Positions 8,521 to 17,198 of a DNA stretch of 24,000 nucleotides are shown in pieces. The stretch's first letter is position 1; each line of letters begins with the position of its first letter. Under the pieces are notes generated by a model, which ran no database searches, was not told the origin of the DNA, and saw only the letters and a list, made by a program, of their open reading frames with translations. The stretch covers positions 44,647 through 68,646 of the forward strand of contig NZ_JBHMFD010000007.1 in assembly GCF_042427575.1 (NCBI RefSeq), in the 5' to 3' direction. A program made the position numbers and the translations under genes. This stretch comes from Bergeyella porcorum (GTDB lineage: Bacteria; Bacteroidota; Bacteroidia; Flavobacteriales; Weeksellaceae).

Positions 8521-10032
8521 ATGAGTAAAGTAAGAGTCAGATTTGCTCCAAGCCCTACGGGGCCTCTTCATTTAGGAGGGGTAAGAACCGCCCTGTACGA
8601 TTATCTATTTGCTAAAAATAAAGGTGGCGATTTCGTTCTAAGAATAGAAGATACCGATACCACAAGATATGTAGAAGGTGCAGAAGATTATATTATGGAA
8701 GCCTTAGAGTGGTGTGGCATCATTCCAGATGAAAGCCCTAAACACGGCGGCCCATACGCCCCTTATCGCCAAAGTGAGCGAAGAGCTATCTACAACCAAT
8801 ATACCGAACAAATCCTAAAAACAGATTATGCCTACATTGCCTTTGATACCCCAGAGGAATTGGAAACCATCCGAAAGGAATACGAAGCCAAAGGCGAAGT
8901 GTTTGCCTATAACAACTATACCCGAAACCGACTAAGAAACAGCCTTACCCTTCCCGAGGAAGAAGTGAAAAAACTTTTGGCTGAAAATACCCCTTATGTG
9001 GTTCGTTTTAAGATGCCCGTGGATAGAATCCTTACTTTGGAAGACATCATCCGCGGTACCTTTTCTGTGAATACCGATACATTAGATGATAAGGTCTTAG
9101 TAAAAAATGACGGAATGCCGACCTATCATTTTGCTAACATTATAGACGACCACGAGATGAAAATCTCCCACGTTATCCGTGGTGAAGAGTGGCTACCTTC
9201 CTTAGGCTTGCACATTCTACTCTATGAAGCTATGGGTTGGGAAGCACCACAGTTTGCCCACCTTTCCCTGATTCTAAAGCCAGAAGGCAAAGGAAAACTC
9301 AGCAAAAGAGATGGAGATAAATTTGGATTTCCAGTATTTCCACTCAATTTTACCGACCCTGCCACAGGAAGCGTATCCAAAGGCTATAGAGAAGAAGGCT
9401 ACTTTCCAGAGTCGTTTATCAATTTTCTCACCCTTCTAGGCTGGTCGCCTTCCGAAGACAAAGAAATTCTCTCTTTGGAAGAAATGATTCAGGAATTTGA
9501 CCTCTACAAAGTACACAAAGCAGGAGCCAGATTCAGCAAAGAAAAAGCAGAGTGGTTTAACCAGCAATACCTGCAAAAGAAAACCAATGAAGAGCTATTG
9601 CCACTACTGAAAGACCTTAGCGAAGTGCAGGCTACCAACCTATCAGATGAAACCCTACTCACCATTATTTCCCTGATGAAAGAAAGAGCCACCTTCGTGA
9701 AAGATATTTATAGCAATGGTACTTTCTTCTTTGAAGCTCCTAAATCTTACGATGAAAAGGCTCTGAAAAAAGCTTGGAATGCAGATACCACCCAGCATCT
9801 CTCTGCACTCTGCGATGTTTTAGAGCAAACCGATTTCTCCGCAGATGCCCTTAAAAACGCCATTCACACCTTTGCAGAAAGCCAATCTCTGGGAATGGGC
9901 AAAGTGATGATGCCCCTGCGTTTAACCTTAGTGGGGGAGCTGAAAGGCCCAGATGTACCAGACATTTTAGCCATCTTGGGCAAGGCAGAAAGTTTGGCTC
10001 GTATAAAAAATGCCATCAATCATATCTCATAA
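8521..10032 (+). CDS. gltX: glutamate--tRNA ligase
   Basis: MSKVRVRFAPSPTGPLHLGGVRTALYDYLFA carries a class I HIGH-type motif (PLHLGG). A KMSKS-type motif appears as KLSKRDG. The length of 503 aa is typical of Bacteroidetes GltX. Confidence 0.97.
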   Translation: MSKVRVRFAPSPTGPLHLGGVRTALYDYLFAKNKGGDFVLRIEDTDTTRYVEGAEDYIMEALEWCGIIPDESPKHGGPYAPYRQSERRAIYNQYTEQILKTDYAYIAFDTPEELETIRKEYEAKGEVFAYNNYTRNRLRNSLTLPEEEVKKLLAENTPYVVRFKMPVDRILTLEDIIRGTFSVNTDTLDDKVLVKNDGMPTYHFANIIDDHEMKISHVIRGEEWLPSLGLHILLYEAMGWEAPQFAHLSLILKPEGKGKLSKRDGDKFGFPVFPLNFTDPATGSVSKGYREEGYFPESFINFLTLLGWSPSEDKEILSLEEMIQEFDLYKVHKAGARFSKEKAEWFNQQYLQKKTNEELLPLLKDLSEVQATNLSDETLLTIISLMKERATFVKDIYSNGTFFFEAPKSYDEKALKKAWNADTTQHLSALCDVLEQTDFSADALKNAIHTFAESQSLGMGKVMMPLRLTLVGELKGPDVPDILAILGKAESLARIKNAINHIS

Positions 10033-10047
10033 GTCCACAATATTTTA

Positions 10048-10055
10048 TAAATTTG
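10048..10055 (+). promoter_or_regulatory. -7 promoter box TAAATTTG for accA
   Basis: Perfect TAnnTTTG match, 31 nt upstream of the ATG at 10087. Confidence 0.45.
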
Positions 10056-10086
10056 GTGGCTTAACAAACTTGAATGAAACCTCAAT

Positions 10087-11043
10087 ATGGAATATTTAGA
10101 ATTTGAATTACCTATAAAAGAATTAATGGAGCAATACCAGACCTGCTCCTTGGTGGGTGAAGAAAGTGGCGTAGATGTTAAATTGGCTTGTAGCCAAATA
10201 GAAGACAAAATCATCCAAAAGAAAAAGGAAATCTATGGCAACCTAACGCCTTGGCAAACGGTACAGCTTTCCAGACACCCTATGCGTCCTTATACCTTAG
10301 ATTATATTAATGGTATTGCAGACAAAGGCTCTTTCCTAGAGCTACACGGCGACCGCTCCTATGCAGATGATGCTGCAATGGTAGGAGGCTTAGCCAAAAT
10401 AGATGGACAAACGGTAATGTTCATTGGAACCCAAAAGGGGCGTACCACCAAAGAACGCCAGCAACGCCGTTTCGGAATGCCCAATCCCGATGGCTACAGA
10501 AAAGCCAATAGACTGATGAAACTAGCTGAGAAATTCAGAATCCCTGTGATTACCTTTATGGATACGCCTGGTGCTTACCCAGGATTGGAAGCAGAGGAAA
10601 GAGGACAAGGAGAGGCCATTGCTAGAAACATCTATGATATGACCCAGCTGAAAACGCCTATCTTTTCCTATGTCATAGGGGAAGGTGCCAGCGGTGGTGC
10701 CTTGGGCATCGGGGTAGGCAACAAGGTCTATATGCTACAATATACTTGGTATTCTGTAATAGCACCAGAAAGCTGCTCTTCTATCCTTTGGAGAAACTGG
10801 GACCACAAAGAAGATGCTGCCAATGCTCTAAAACTAACGCCTAAGGATATGCTGAAACAAAAAATCATAGACGGCATTATAGAAGAGCCTCTGGGCGGGG
10901 CTCATTATGAACCGCAGGTGGCGTATAATAATGTAAAACAATCTATCTTACAAAACATCAAAGCGTTTAGTAAGTTTTCAGAGAAAGAACTCATTGCCCA
11001 AAGACAAGAGAAATTCATTGCAATGGGTGAGTTTAAAGGCTAA
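10087..11043 (+). CDS. accA: acetyl-CoA carboxylase carboxyltransferase alpha subunit
   Basis: ...[22 protein letters not shown]...[25 protein letters not shown]...[13 protein letters not shown]... are hallmark AccA motifs. The protein is 318 aa. Confidence 0.97.
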   Translation: MEYLEFELPIKELMEQYQTCSLVGEESGVDVKLACSQIEDKIIQKKKEIYGNLTPWQTVQLSRHPMRPYTLDYINGIADKGSFLELHGDRSYADDAAMVGGLAKIDGQTVMFIGTQKGRTTKERQQRRFGMPNPDGYRKANRLMKLAEKFRIPVITFMDTPGAYPGLEAEERGQGEAIARNIYDMTQLKTPIFSYVIGEGASGGALGIGVGNKVYMLQYTWYSVIAPESCSSILWRNWDHKEDAANALKLTPKDMLKQKIIDGIIEEPLGGAHYEPQVAYNNVKQSILQNIKAFSKFSEKELIAQRQEKFIAMGEFKG

Positions 11044-11065
11044 CCTTTTTCATTTTTTACACGAA

Positions 11066-11110
11066 AGCAGAAATTCTTAACCAATTTAATTAAGATTTCT
11101 GCTTTTTTTA
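11066..11110 (+). terminator. intrinsic terminator after accA
   Basis: AGCAGAAAT(T)CTTA / TAAGATTTCTGCT forms a 13-bp stem with a 1-nt bulge, followed by TTTTTTTATT. Confidence 0.7.
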
Positions 11111-11126
11111 TTCAGTCCTTTCTCTA

Positions 11127-11699
11127 TTATCTATGAGTACTAACAGCATTGAGGGCGATTTCCATATCTTTTTGGAGGTTTTTCACCTCAGAGTATTTTG
11201 CATCGCATACCATAGTGGTAATGGTATAAGACCCTTTGGGAAGTAAGATATAGTTGCTATTAGCTGCTGGAACCGTCAGATTATAAAACTTTTTCCCACT
11301 GATTTTCACTAAAAGATTACATTTAGAAAGATTTTTGATATGGATATAAGCTTCTTTCTTTGCTGGGTCATTATTGAACAAATGCGTCAGTAGCTCTGCT
11401 GTTTTTTTATTCTCACCACTTACTTCTCCTCTATTTTTAGCATCACCTTTGGCACTTGCAGCAGATGTTTTTTTCTGCATCAGAGTTATCGTAGGCTTTG
11501 CTATTTCTGGATTGCCACCATTCAGCATTGCATAGAGTTTCCTCTTAAATTCAGGCGTTTTAGGATGGTTGGGATTATTCTTGATAAAGTTGGCAACCAC
11601 CTTTACATCATTAGTTTTTTCTACTTGCTCTACCGTATAATTCTGAGAATAAACAAGACCACTCGCTCCCAACAATAGTATTAAAAGAAACTTTTTCAT
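11127..11699 (-). CDS. secreted hypothetical protein (signal peptide)
   Basis: MKKFLLILLLGASGLVYSQ is a signal peptide. The middle region is Lys-rich and low-complexity, and the C-terminal region looks beta-rich. No family securely recognised. The start is trimmed from a TTG to the ATG (complement of 11697-11699). Confidence 0.65.
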   Translation of the reverse strand: MKKFLLILLLGASGLVYSQNYTVEQVEKTNDVKVVANFIKNNPNHPKTPEFKRKLYAMLNGGNPEIAKPTITLMQKKTSAASAKGDAKNRGEVSGENKKTAELLTHLFNNDPAKKEAYIHIKNLSKCNLLVKISGKKFYNLTVPAANSNYILLPKGSYTITTMVCDAKYSEVKNLQKDMEIALNAVSTHR

Positions 11700-11762
11700 C
11701 ACCAATAAAATTTTATGGTTATCTAACGCAGAAATTCCATTTTTAGTTTACATAGATTTTAT

Positions 11763-11770
11763 TATCTTTG
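11763..11770 (+). promoter_or_regulatory. -7 promoter box TATCTTTG for tsf
   Basis: Perfect TAnnTTTG match, 55 nt upstream of the tsf ATG at 11826. Confidence 0.45.
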
Positions 11771-11825
11771 CAAGGCTCAAAAAAGGGGCATAATAGAATC
11801 TTTTTTAATAAAAAACATTAAAAAT

Positions 11826-12794
11826 ATGTACACACCAGTAGCTGCAGATGTAGCAAAACTAAGAAACACAACAGGTGCAGGGATGATGGACTGCAAAAAA
11901 GCTCTTGTAGAAGCAGAGGGAGATTTTGACAAAGCAATTGAAATCCTTAGAAAAAAAGGACAAAAAGTAGCTGCTAACAGAGCTGATAGAGAGTCTTCTG
12001 AAGGCGCTGTAATTGCAAAAGTAAATGCTGATAACACCAAAGGTGCTGTCATCTCTTTGAACTGCGAGACCGATTTCGTAGCTAAAGGAGAAGCTTTCAT
12101 CAAATTGGCTAATGATTTGGCTGAAAAAGCTCTTGAGTTCTCTACAAAAGAAGAATTATTGGCTTCTGACTATGAGGGAATTTCTGTTTCTGAAAAACTT
12201 ATCGAGCAAACAGGAGTTATCGGAGAGAAAATTGAAATCGGTGCTTTTGAAAAAATCGAAGGACCTTTCTTGGGTGCTTACATCCACGCAGGAAACAAGA
12301 TTGCTGCTATTACCGCTCTTTCTGCTAATGTAGAAGGTGGTGCAGAGGCTGCAAGAAATATCTCTATGCAAGTGGCTTCTATGAGCCCTGAGGTGCTTTC
12401 TTACAAAGAATTTTCTCCAGAGTTTGTAGCAGCAGAGACAGACGCTCGTATCGCTACAATCCAGAAAGATAATGAGGAATTGGTGCGTCTTGGTAAGCCA
12501 TTGAAAAATGTACCTAAATATGTTTCTTACTCTCAATTATCAGAAGAAGTATTGAAGCAAGCAGAAGAAGATGCTAAAGCTGAATTGAAAGCTGAAGGTA
12601 AGCCAGAGCAAATCTGGGATAAAATCTTACCTGGTAAGTTGCAAAGATTCATCAGCGATAACACTTCACTTGACCAAGAGAAAGCCCTTCTTGACCAAAA
12701 CTACATCAAAGATGGAGATTTGAAAGTGGCTGATTATGTGAAATCTGTAAACCCAGAATTGGAAGTAGTGAAATTTGTAAGAGTTTCTTTGTAA
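11826..12794 (+). CDS. tsf: translation elongation factor Ts
   Basis: MYTPVAADVAKLRNTTGAGMMDCKKALVEAEGDFDKAIEILRKKG is the canonical EF-Ts UBA-like N-terminus. The LNCETDFVAK motif is present. Confidence 0.97.
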   Translation: MYTPVAADVAKLRNTTGAGMMDCKKALVEAEGDFDKAIEILRKKGQKVAANRADRESSEGAVIAKVNADNTKGAVISLNCETDFVAKGEAFIKLANDLAEKALEFSTKEELLASDYEGISVSEKLIEQTGVIGEKIEIGAFEKIEGPFLGAYIHAGNKIAAITALSANVEGGAEAARNISMQVASMSPEVLSYKEFSPEFVAAETDARIATIQKDNEELVRLGKPLKNVPKYVSYSQLSEEVLKQAEEDAKAELKAEGKPEQIWDKILPGKLQRFISDNTSLDQEKALLDQNYIKDGDLKVADYVKSVNPELEVVKFVRVSL

Positions 12795-12817
12795 TTAGTA
12801 ATATTAAAACATACTAT

Positions 12818-12852
12818 AAAAAACGCTGTCGAAAGATGGCGTTTTTATTTTT
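12818..12852 (+). terminator. intrinsic terminator after tsf
   Basis: AAAAACGCTGTC / GAAA tetraloop / GATGGCGTTTTT, with two G-U pairs, followed by ATTTTTT. Confidence 0.7.
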
Positions 12853-12861
12853 TATATTCTC

Positions 12862-12869
12862 TACATTTG
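12862..12869 (+). promoter_or_regulatory. -7 promoter box TACATTTG for the T9SS cargo gene
   Basis: Perfect TAnnTTTG match, 21 nt upstream of the ATG at 12891. The track's TTG start at 12867 lies inside this box. Confidence 0.5.
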
Positions 12870-12890
12870 CATAGATTTAACCCATCTTGT

Positions 12891-15539
12891 ATGAAACGCA
12901 TTCTATCTATACTTCTCTACATCATTTCGCTATGGTCTTTTGCTCAGATGGATACAGAGCATTGGCTAGCTCCTTTTGCAAAATCATCTTCCGCTGATAC
13001 TTCTGGTGAAGCTCAGTATCTCTATTTATCTACTGATACAACTACTCCTTTTACAGTAAATATCTACAACAATAATACCCTAATCAACCAAATCTTCATC
13101 AGCAAAGGGAATCCTGGCATTGTCTATATTGATGAGGCATTAATGACTGCTATTTCAAATTCTGAAAAATCTGTCGTAGGCAAGAAAGGACTACATCTGG
13201 TGGCTGACCACAAATTTTTTGCACACTATCGCTTTGTAATGACCAGTCAAGCCGAGATTGTCACCTCTAAAGGCAAGGCAGGATTGGGGACAGAGTTCTT
13301 TGTATATACTCCTGAGAACACCGCCCGCACCAGAGGAGACAATGATATTGCCAACTCTACGGTAGGTATCATTGCCACAGAAAACAATACCACCATTACC
13401 ATTGATAATTTTCAGAATTCTGGAAGATTCACCAATGGGAGTAGCTTCACCACCTCTACTGCTTTTAGCATTACACTCAACCGAGGTGAATCCTATGTTT
13501 TAGAATGTTTAGGAAGTTCCTCCTTGCAAGGGATTAGTGGTGCAAGAATCACCTCTGATAAAGCCATTTCAATTTCCAATGGTTCCTATTACAATGTTGC
13601 CCTTAATGGGAGTAATGTAGATGTTTTTATGGACCAAGCAATTCCCATTGAAAGGTTAGGACATCAATACATTGCCGTAAAGGGAAATGGAGGCTTAGTC
13701 GCAGAAATGGAACGTGTTGCTGTAATGGCTACAGAAGATAATACCAATATTTACATTAATGGCAGTGCTAGTCCCATCAATATTGCTAAAAAAGGCGAAA
13801 CTTACGTTATAGAGAGTGCATATTACCATCAGGCTAGTGCCTCTTCAGATGCGTACAGCATATTTATAAACTCCGATCAAAAAATCTACACTTACCAACT
13901 CCTTACAGGGACAGATGATGGCACTGGTCTATACTCTTATGCTTCTGGAGGAATGAATATCCTCCCACCTCTATTATGCCTTTTACCCAATAGCATCAAT
14001 GAATTTGCTTATGTCAACGAAATCGGTGGCAACACCTTCAATACCAGAATGAACATCATCACCGAAAAAGGAGCTACTGTAAAAATCAATGGAAATACAT
14101 TAGGAAGCAGCTATGGTCCATTTGCGGTACAAGGTAATAGTGATTGGGAGTTTTATGTGTACCCAAACATTGCTGGAAATATTACCATAGAATCCACAAA
14201 AGCAGTAACTGCGGGAATTGCCGCTGGAAACCAAGCCGTAGGGTATGGAGGTTACTTTGCGGGGTTCAATTCTAACCCCGTAATAGCTAAAGGAGGAACT
14301 TGCGAAGATGGCACCGTAACCTTAGAAGTAGATGATAGCTATGATGACTACCAATGGTATATCAGTTCAACTGAAAACGGCATCTATACAGAATATACCG
14401 GTGAAGGAGCTAACACCTACAAAATCACACCTAATAGCGTGGGCTATTATTACGTTATCATCAAAAAAAATTCCACTTCTTGCAATGATGAATACCAGTC
14501 TCCTATCTTCAAGGTAGATTCTTGTCCTATTGACTCTTCCATTAGCCTTGAAATTGGAGAGTGTGGTACTACCATTACACCGGCTTTTTCTAGTTCTACC
14601 CAGCAGGTCAATCCTGCCTCTATTACAATATCCACACCTCCTAGCAATGGAACTGTTATTATAGATTCTTCTGGAAATATTGTTTACACCCCATCTTCTA
14701 ATACCGTTACTACAGATTCCTTTATATATTATATAGAAGGAATTCACGCAGACTTTCCAGATAAAGAATACATTACGGTAAATCTCTCCATAAAGGATAT
14801 CAATAGGTCTAATGTGGAAATTTTAGCCTGTGCAGATGATGATGGAATGGGACTTTATGACCTTTCTTCTGTAAATGTTTCTACCGATACTAATGTAACC
14901 ATCTCTTATTTTGAGAGTTTAGAAAATGCTAGATTAAATATCAATGCAATACTCAATTTTAGTACTTATCATACAGCTCCTAAAACGGTCTATGCCAGAA
15001 TAGAAGATGCTTTCTCTTGCTACGCCATAGCAGAGATTGTACTCAAAACTATAGAGACTCCAACCATTACTAGTGCAATAGTTTCCCACTCTACCCTTAC
15101 CATCACCGCCTCTGGAGGTACGCCACCATATCAATATTCGTGGTCGGGACTCAACGGTAGTTTCGTAGAATACAATACTTTTTCTAACATTCCTTTAGGT
15201 GTTTTTACAGCGTATGTTGCAGATGCTAATGGCTGTACGATTGTTTCAAAAGAATTTATCAATCTTAATCTTATCAATACCATTACCCCTAACGGCGATG
15301 GCATTAATGAAATTTTAGACTATTCCCAGTTAAACATTAAAAAAGCTGTGAAAATTCAAGTCTTTGACCGCTATGGCAAACTTGTTTTCACCAACCGAGA
15401 AGGACAACTCACTTGGGATGGGAAGAGCAACGGCAGAGTAGTTTCCACGGGAACCTATTGGTATCTCCTCAGCTGGATAGAGCCTGATACGCAAGAGGCG
15501 AAGCAATATCAAAGCTGGATTGTAGTGAAAAATCAATAA
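12891..15539 (+). CDS. large secreted adhesin-like protein with T9SS type-B C-terminal sorting domain (gliding-motility-associated CTD / CHU_C), IgGFc-binding-like N-terminal domain and one SprB-type repeat
   Basis: Signal peptide MKRILSILLYIISLWSFAQ. The N-terminal region (...GARITSDKAISISNGSY...VFMDQAIPIERLGHQYIAV...) resembles the IgGFc_binding N-terminal domain seen in Bacteroidetes surface proteins. ASGGTPPYQYSWSG is an SprB-repeat signature. The last ~85 aa (ITPNGDGINEIL...VFDRYGKLVF...WDGKSNGRVVSTGTYWYLL...) match the type-B CTD. Confidence 0.9.
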   Translation: MKRILSILLYIISLWSFAQMDTEHWLAPFAKSSSADTSGEAQYLYLSTDTTTPFTVNIYNNNTLINQIFISKGNPGIVYIDEALMTAISNSEKSVVGKKGLHLVADHKFFAHYRFVMTSQAEIVTSKGKAGLGTEFFVYTPENTARTRGDNDIANSTVGIIATENNTTITIDNFQNSGRFTNGSSFTTSTAFSITLNRGESYVLECLGSSSLQGISGARITSDKAISISNGSYYNVALNGSNVDVFMDQAIPIERLGHQYIAVKGNGGLVAEMERVAVMATEDNTNIYINGSASPINIAKKGETYVIESAYYHQASASSDAYSIFINSDQKIYTYQLLTGTDDGTGLYSYASGGMNILPPLLCLLPNSINEFAYVNEIGGNTFNTRMNIITEKGATVKINGNTLGSSYGPFAVQGNSDWEFYVYPNIAGNITIESTKAVTAGIAAGNQAVGYGGYFAGFNSNPVIAKGGTCEDGTVTLEVDDSYDDYQWYISSTENGIYTEYTGEGANTYKITPNSVGYYYVIIKKNSTSCNDEYQSPIFKVDSCPIDSSISLEIGECGTTITPAFSSSTQQVNPASITISTPPSNGTVIIDSSGNIVYTPSSNTVTTDSFIYYIEGIHADFPDKEYITVNLSIKDINRSNVEILACADDDGMGLYDLSSVNVSTDTNVTISYFESLENARLNINAILNFSTYHTAPKTVYARIEDAFSCYAIAEIVLKTIETPTITSAIVSHSTLTITASGGTPPYQYSWSGLNGSFVEYNTFSNIPLGVFTAYVADANGCTIVSKEFINLNLINTITPNGDGINEILDYSQLNIKKAVKIQVFDRYGKLVFTNREGQLTWDGKSNGRVVSTGTYWYLLSWIEPDTQEAKQYQSWIVVKNQ

Positions 15540-15604
15540 TCTCTTTTTTTAAAAAAAATTGGCGATTTTTAATAAAACTTTAACCTCTTTCCCACATCTA
15601 AACC

Positions 15605-15636
15605 GTAGGCATTACTATAATTAATGCCTACTTTTG
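15605..15636 (+). terminator. hairpin terminator after the T9SS cargo gene
   Basis: Perfect 10-bp inverted repeat GTAGGCATTA (15605-15614) / TAATGCCTAC (15622-15631) with a 7-nt loop, followed by TTTTG. The T-run is short. Confidence 0.55.
15629..15636 (+). promoter_or_regulatory. -7 promoter box TACTTTTG overlapping the 3' arm and T-tract of the preceding terminator
   Basis: Perfect TAnnTTTG match, 8 nt upstream of the ATG at 15645. Confidence 0.4.
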
Positions 15637-15644
15637 TAAATCTT

Positions 15645-16451
15645 ATGAGGTTAATTTTTATTTTAATTTTGGGATTTTCCATTACAATGGTGAAGGCACA
15701 GGTTTTTTCTGGGCAAGTATTTATGCGTGAAAATACCACGCTCCATCTCAACCAATTGTTTGTTACCAATATTACCACACAAAAAACAGTATTGTCCAAC
15801 TACAATGGAGAGTTTAAAATTCACGCGAAAGTGGGCGATGTGATACGCTTTACCTCCATCATCACAGAACGCACCGATGTAAAAATTACCGAAAAGCTTC
15901 TGGAAAATACAATGAATTTCATAGAGCTGAAACCTGCCTACCACGAGATACAAGAGGTCATCATCGGCTGGCGACCAACGGGCAATCTGAGACGCGATGT
16001 TACCACCCTGAAGGATAGCAAAAGAAAAATGGAAATAGCCAGCATCATTGGACTTCCAGCTCCCAAAGGTGATGGCACCTCTCCCACCGAACCTATTGCA
16101 GGGTTTCAGAATGGCGGCTTTTCTCTGAGCATTGATGGCATCTACGACCTTATCTCTGGAGAACGAAAGAAAAAACAACGCCTCTATGAATACGAAAAAA
16201 TGATGTCTGTAACCAAAAAAATTAAAAACTATTTTGGAGAAGACTATTTCGTAAAGCTTAAAATCCCGAAGAATATGATAGATAATTTTCTTCAATTCGT
16301 CTATTCTTCAGATAATATTTTGGCATTAGTAGAAGGCAAAAATATGGAAGCTACCCAAGTTTATATTGAAAAATACCTACCTATTTACCTCAAACGATTG
16401 CGACAATCTAATATGATGGGACTAGGAGAAGATGTCAATAAAAACCCTTAA
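15645..16451 (+). CDS. secreted hypothetical protein with CarboxypepD_reg-like N-terminal beta-sandwich
   Basis: Signal peptide MRLIFILILGFSITMVKAQ is followed by ...SGQVFMRENTTLHLNQLFVTNITTQKTVLSNYNGEFKIHAKVGDVIRFTS..., typical of carboxypeptidase-regulatory-like domains. An alternative start at the 15624 ATG lies inside the terminator stem, so I prefer 15645. The 210-aa antisense ORF is rejected. Confidence 0.7.
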   Translation: MRLIFILILGFSITMVKAQVFSGQVFMRENTTLHLNQLFVTNITTQKTVLSNYNGEFKIHAKVGDVIRFTSIITERTDVKITEKLLENTMNFIELKPAYHEIQEVIIGWRPTGNLRRDVTTLKDSKRKMEIASIIGLPAPKGDGTSPTEPIAGFQNGGFSLSIDGIYDLISGERKKKQRLYEYEKMMSVTKKIKNYFGEDYFVKLKIPKNMIDNFLQFVYSSDNILALVEGKNMEATQVYIEKYLPIYLKRLRQSNMMGLGEDVNKNP

Positions 16452-16456
16452 ATTTG
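16449..16456 (+). promoter_or_regulatory. -7 promoter box TAAATTTG for trmB (overlaps the upstream stop codon)
   Basis: Perfect TAnnTTTG match, 21 nt upstream of the ATG at 16478. The track's TTG start at 16454 lies inside this box. Confidence 0.45.
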
Positions 16457-16477
16457 TGGCTTTGTAATAACAATCTA

Positions 16478-17158
16478 ATGGGAAAGAAAAATAAACTCGC
16501 TCGCTTTGCCGAAAATAAAATATTACCCAATGTCATCCAGCCTACCAGAGAAGAAGCCCTTAGCGGTTTTGAGCTCAAAGGACAATGGAGAGAACGCATT
16601 TTCAAAAACGAAAATCCTATTGTATTAGAATTGGGCTGTGGCAAGGGAGAATACACTGTGGGACTGGCAGAAGCTTTTCCTGATAAAAACTTTATCGGAA
16701 TAGACATTAAAGGGGCTAGGTTTTGGTTTGGTGCCAAAGATGCTATCGCCAAAAACCTTAGCAACGCTTGCTTCCTTAGAACTCAAATAGAATTGGTAGA
16801 TTGCTTTTTTGAGGAAAATGAAGTAGATGAAATCTGGATTACCTTTCCAGACCCGCAGATTAAATACCGCCGTACCAAACACCGACTGACGCACCCAGAT
16901 TTCCTTAATCGCTATAAGAAAATATTGAAAAAGGATGGCATCATCCATCTGAAAACCGACTCAGAATTTCTCCACGGTTATACTTTGGGCTTATTACAAG
17001 GTATGGGATACGAGATTCTTACTGCCCACCACGATATCTACGGCGCTCCAGAATATAGCCCTGATACACCACTACTAAAGGATATCCAGACCTATTACGA
17101 AGGCTTATTTTCTGCCAAAGGAAAAACCATTACTTATATTAAATTTAGGATTAAATAG
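16478..17158 (+). CDS. trmB: tRNA (guanine46-N7)-methyltransferase
   Basis: MGKKNKLARFAEN... is followed by the SAM-binding motif LELGCGKGEYTVGLA, then FIGIDIKGARFW and ITFPDPQIK, all typical TrmB motifs. Confidence 0.95.
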   Translation: MGKKNKLARFAENKILPNVIQPTREEALSGFELKGQWRERIFKNENPIVLELGCGKGEYTVGLAEAFPDKNFIGIDIKGARFWFGAKDAIAKNLSNACFLRTQIELVDCFFEENEVDEIWITFPDPQIKYRRTKHRLTHPDFLNRYKKILKKDGIIHLKTDSEFLHGYTLGLLQGMGYEILTAHHDIYGAPEYSPDTPLLKDIQTYYEGLFSAKGKTITYIKFRIK

Positions 17159-17198
17159 TTGAATATATCTTTTCTTTAAAAATTCGGAACTGCAAAAA

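Noticed and set aside
11777-12536. Minus-strand ORFs (108 aa, 126 aa) and a plus-strand 73-aa ORF within tsf
   Set aside because: These are shadow or out-of-frame ORFs inside the clearly identified EF-Ts gene.
14332-14747. Small ORFs on both strands inside the T9SS adhesin gene and similar short ORFs inside rocD, GT4, gltX, trmB, pirin, pncB, dps and the dehydrogenase
   Set aside because: All are nested within longer, well-supported reading frames and have no independent start signals.
15544-15558. T7-A8 palindrome (TTTTTTTAAAAAAAA) right after the T9SS gene stop
   Set aside because: It is a pure A/T homopolymer pair with negligible hairpin stability. The real terminator candidate is the GC-containing hairpin at 15605-15636.
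15663-16295. 210-aa minus-strand ORF opposite the CarboxypepD_reg-like gene
   Set aside because: The plus-strand frame has a signal peptide, a recognisable N-terminal domain, a promoter box and sensible gene spacing. The minus-strand product has no such features and would collide with both neighbours.
1153-16477. N-terminally extended starts in the ORF track (1153, 1986, 6583, 8497, 11705, 12867, 16454; also 21156 outside this span)
   Set aside because: All are TTG codons. Three (8497, 12867, 16454) are the TTG inside a TAnnTTTG promoter box. Two others (1153, 21156) would place the -7 box inside the CDS, and 1986 runs through the rpmF terminator. A downstream ATG gives the canonical family N-terminus or a clean signal peptide in each case.
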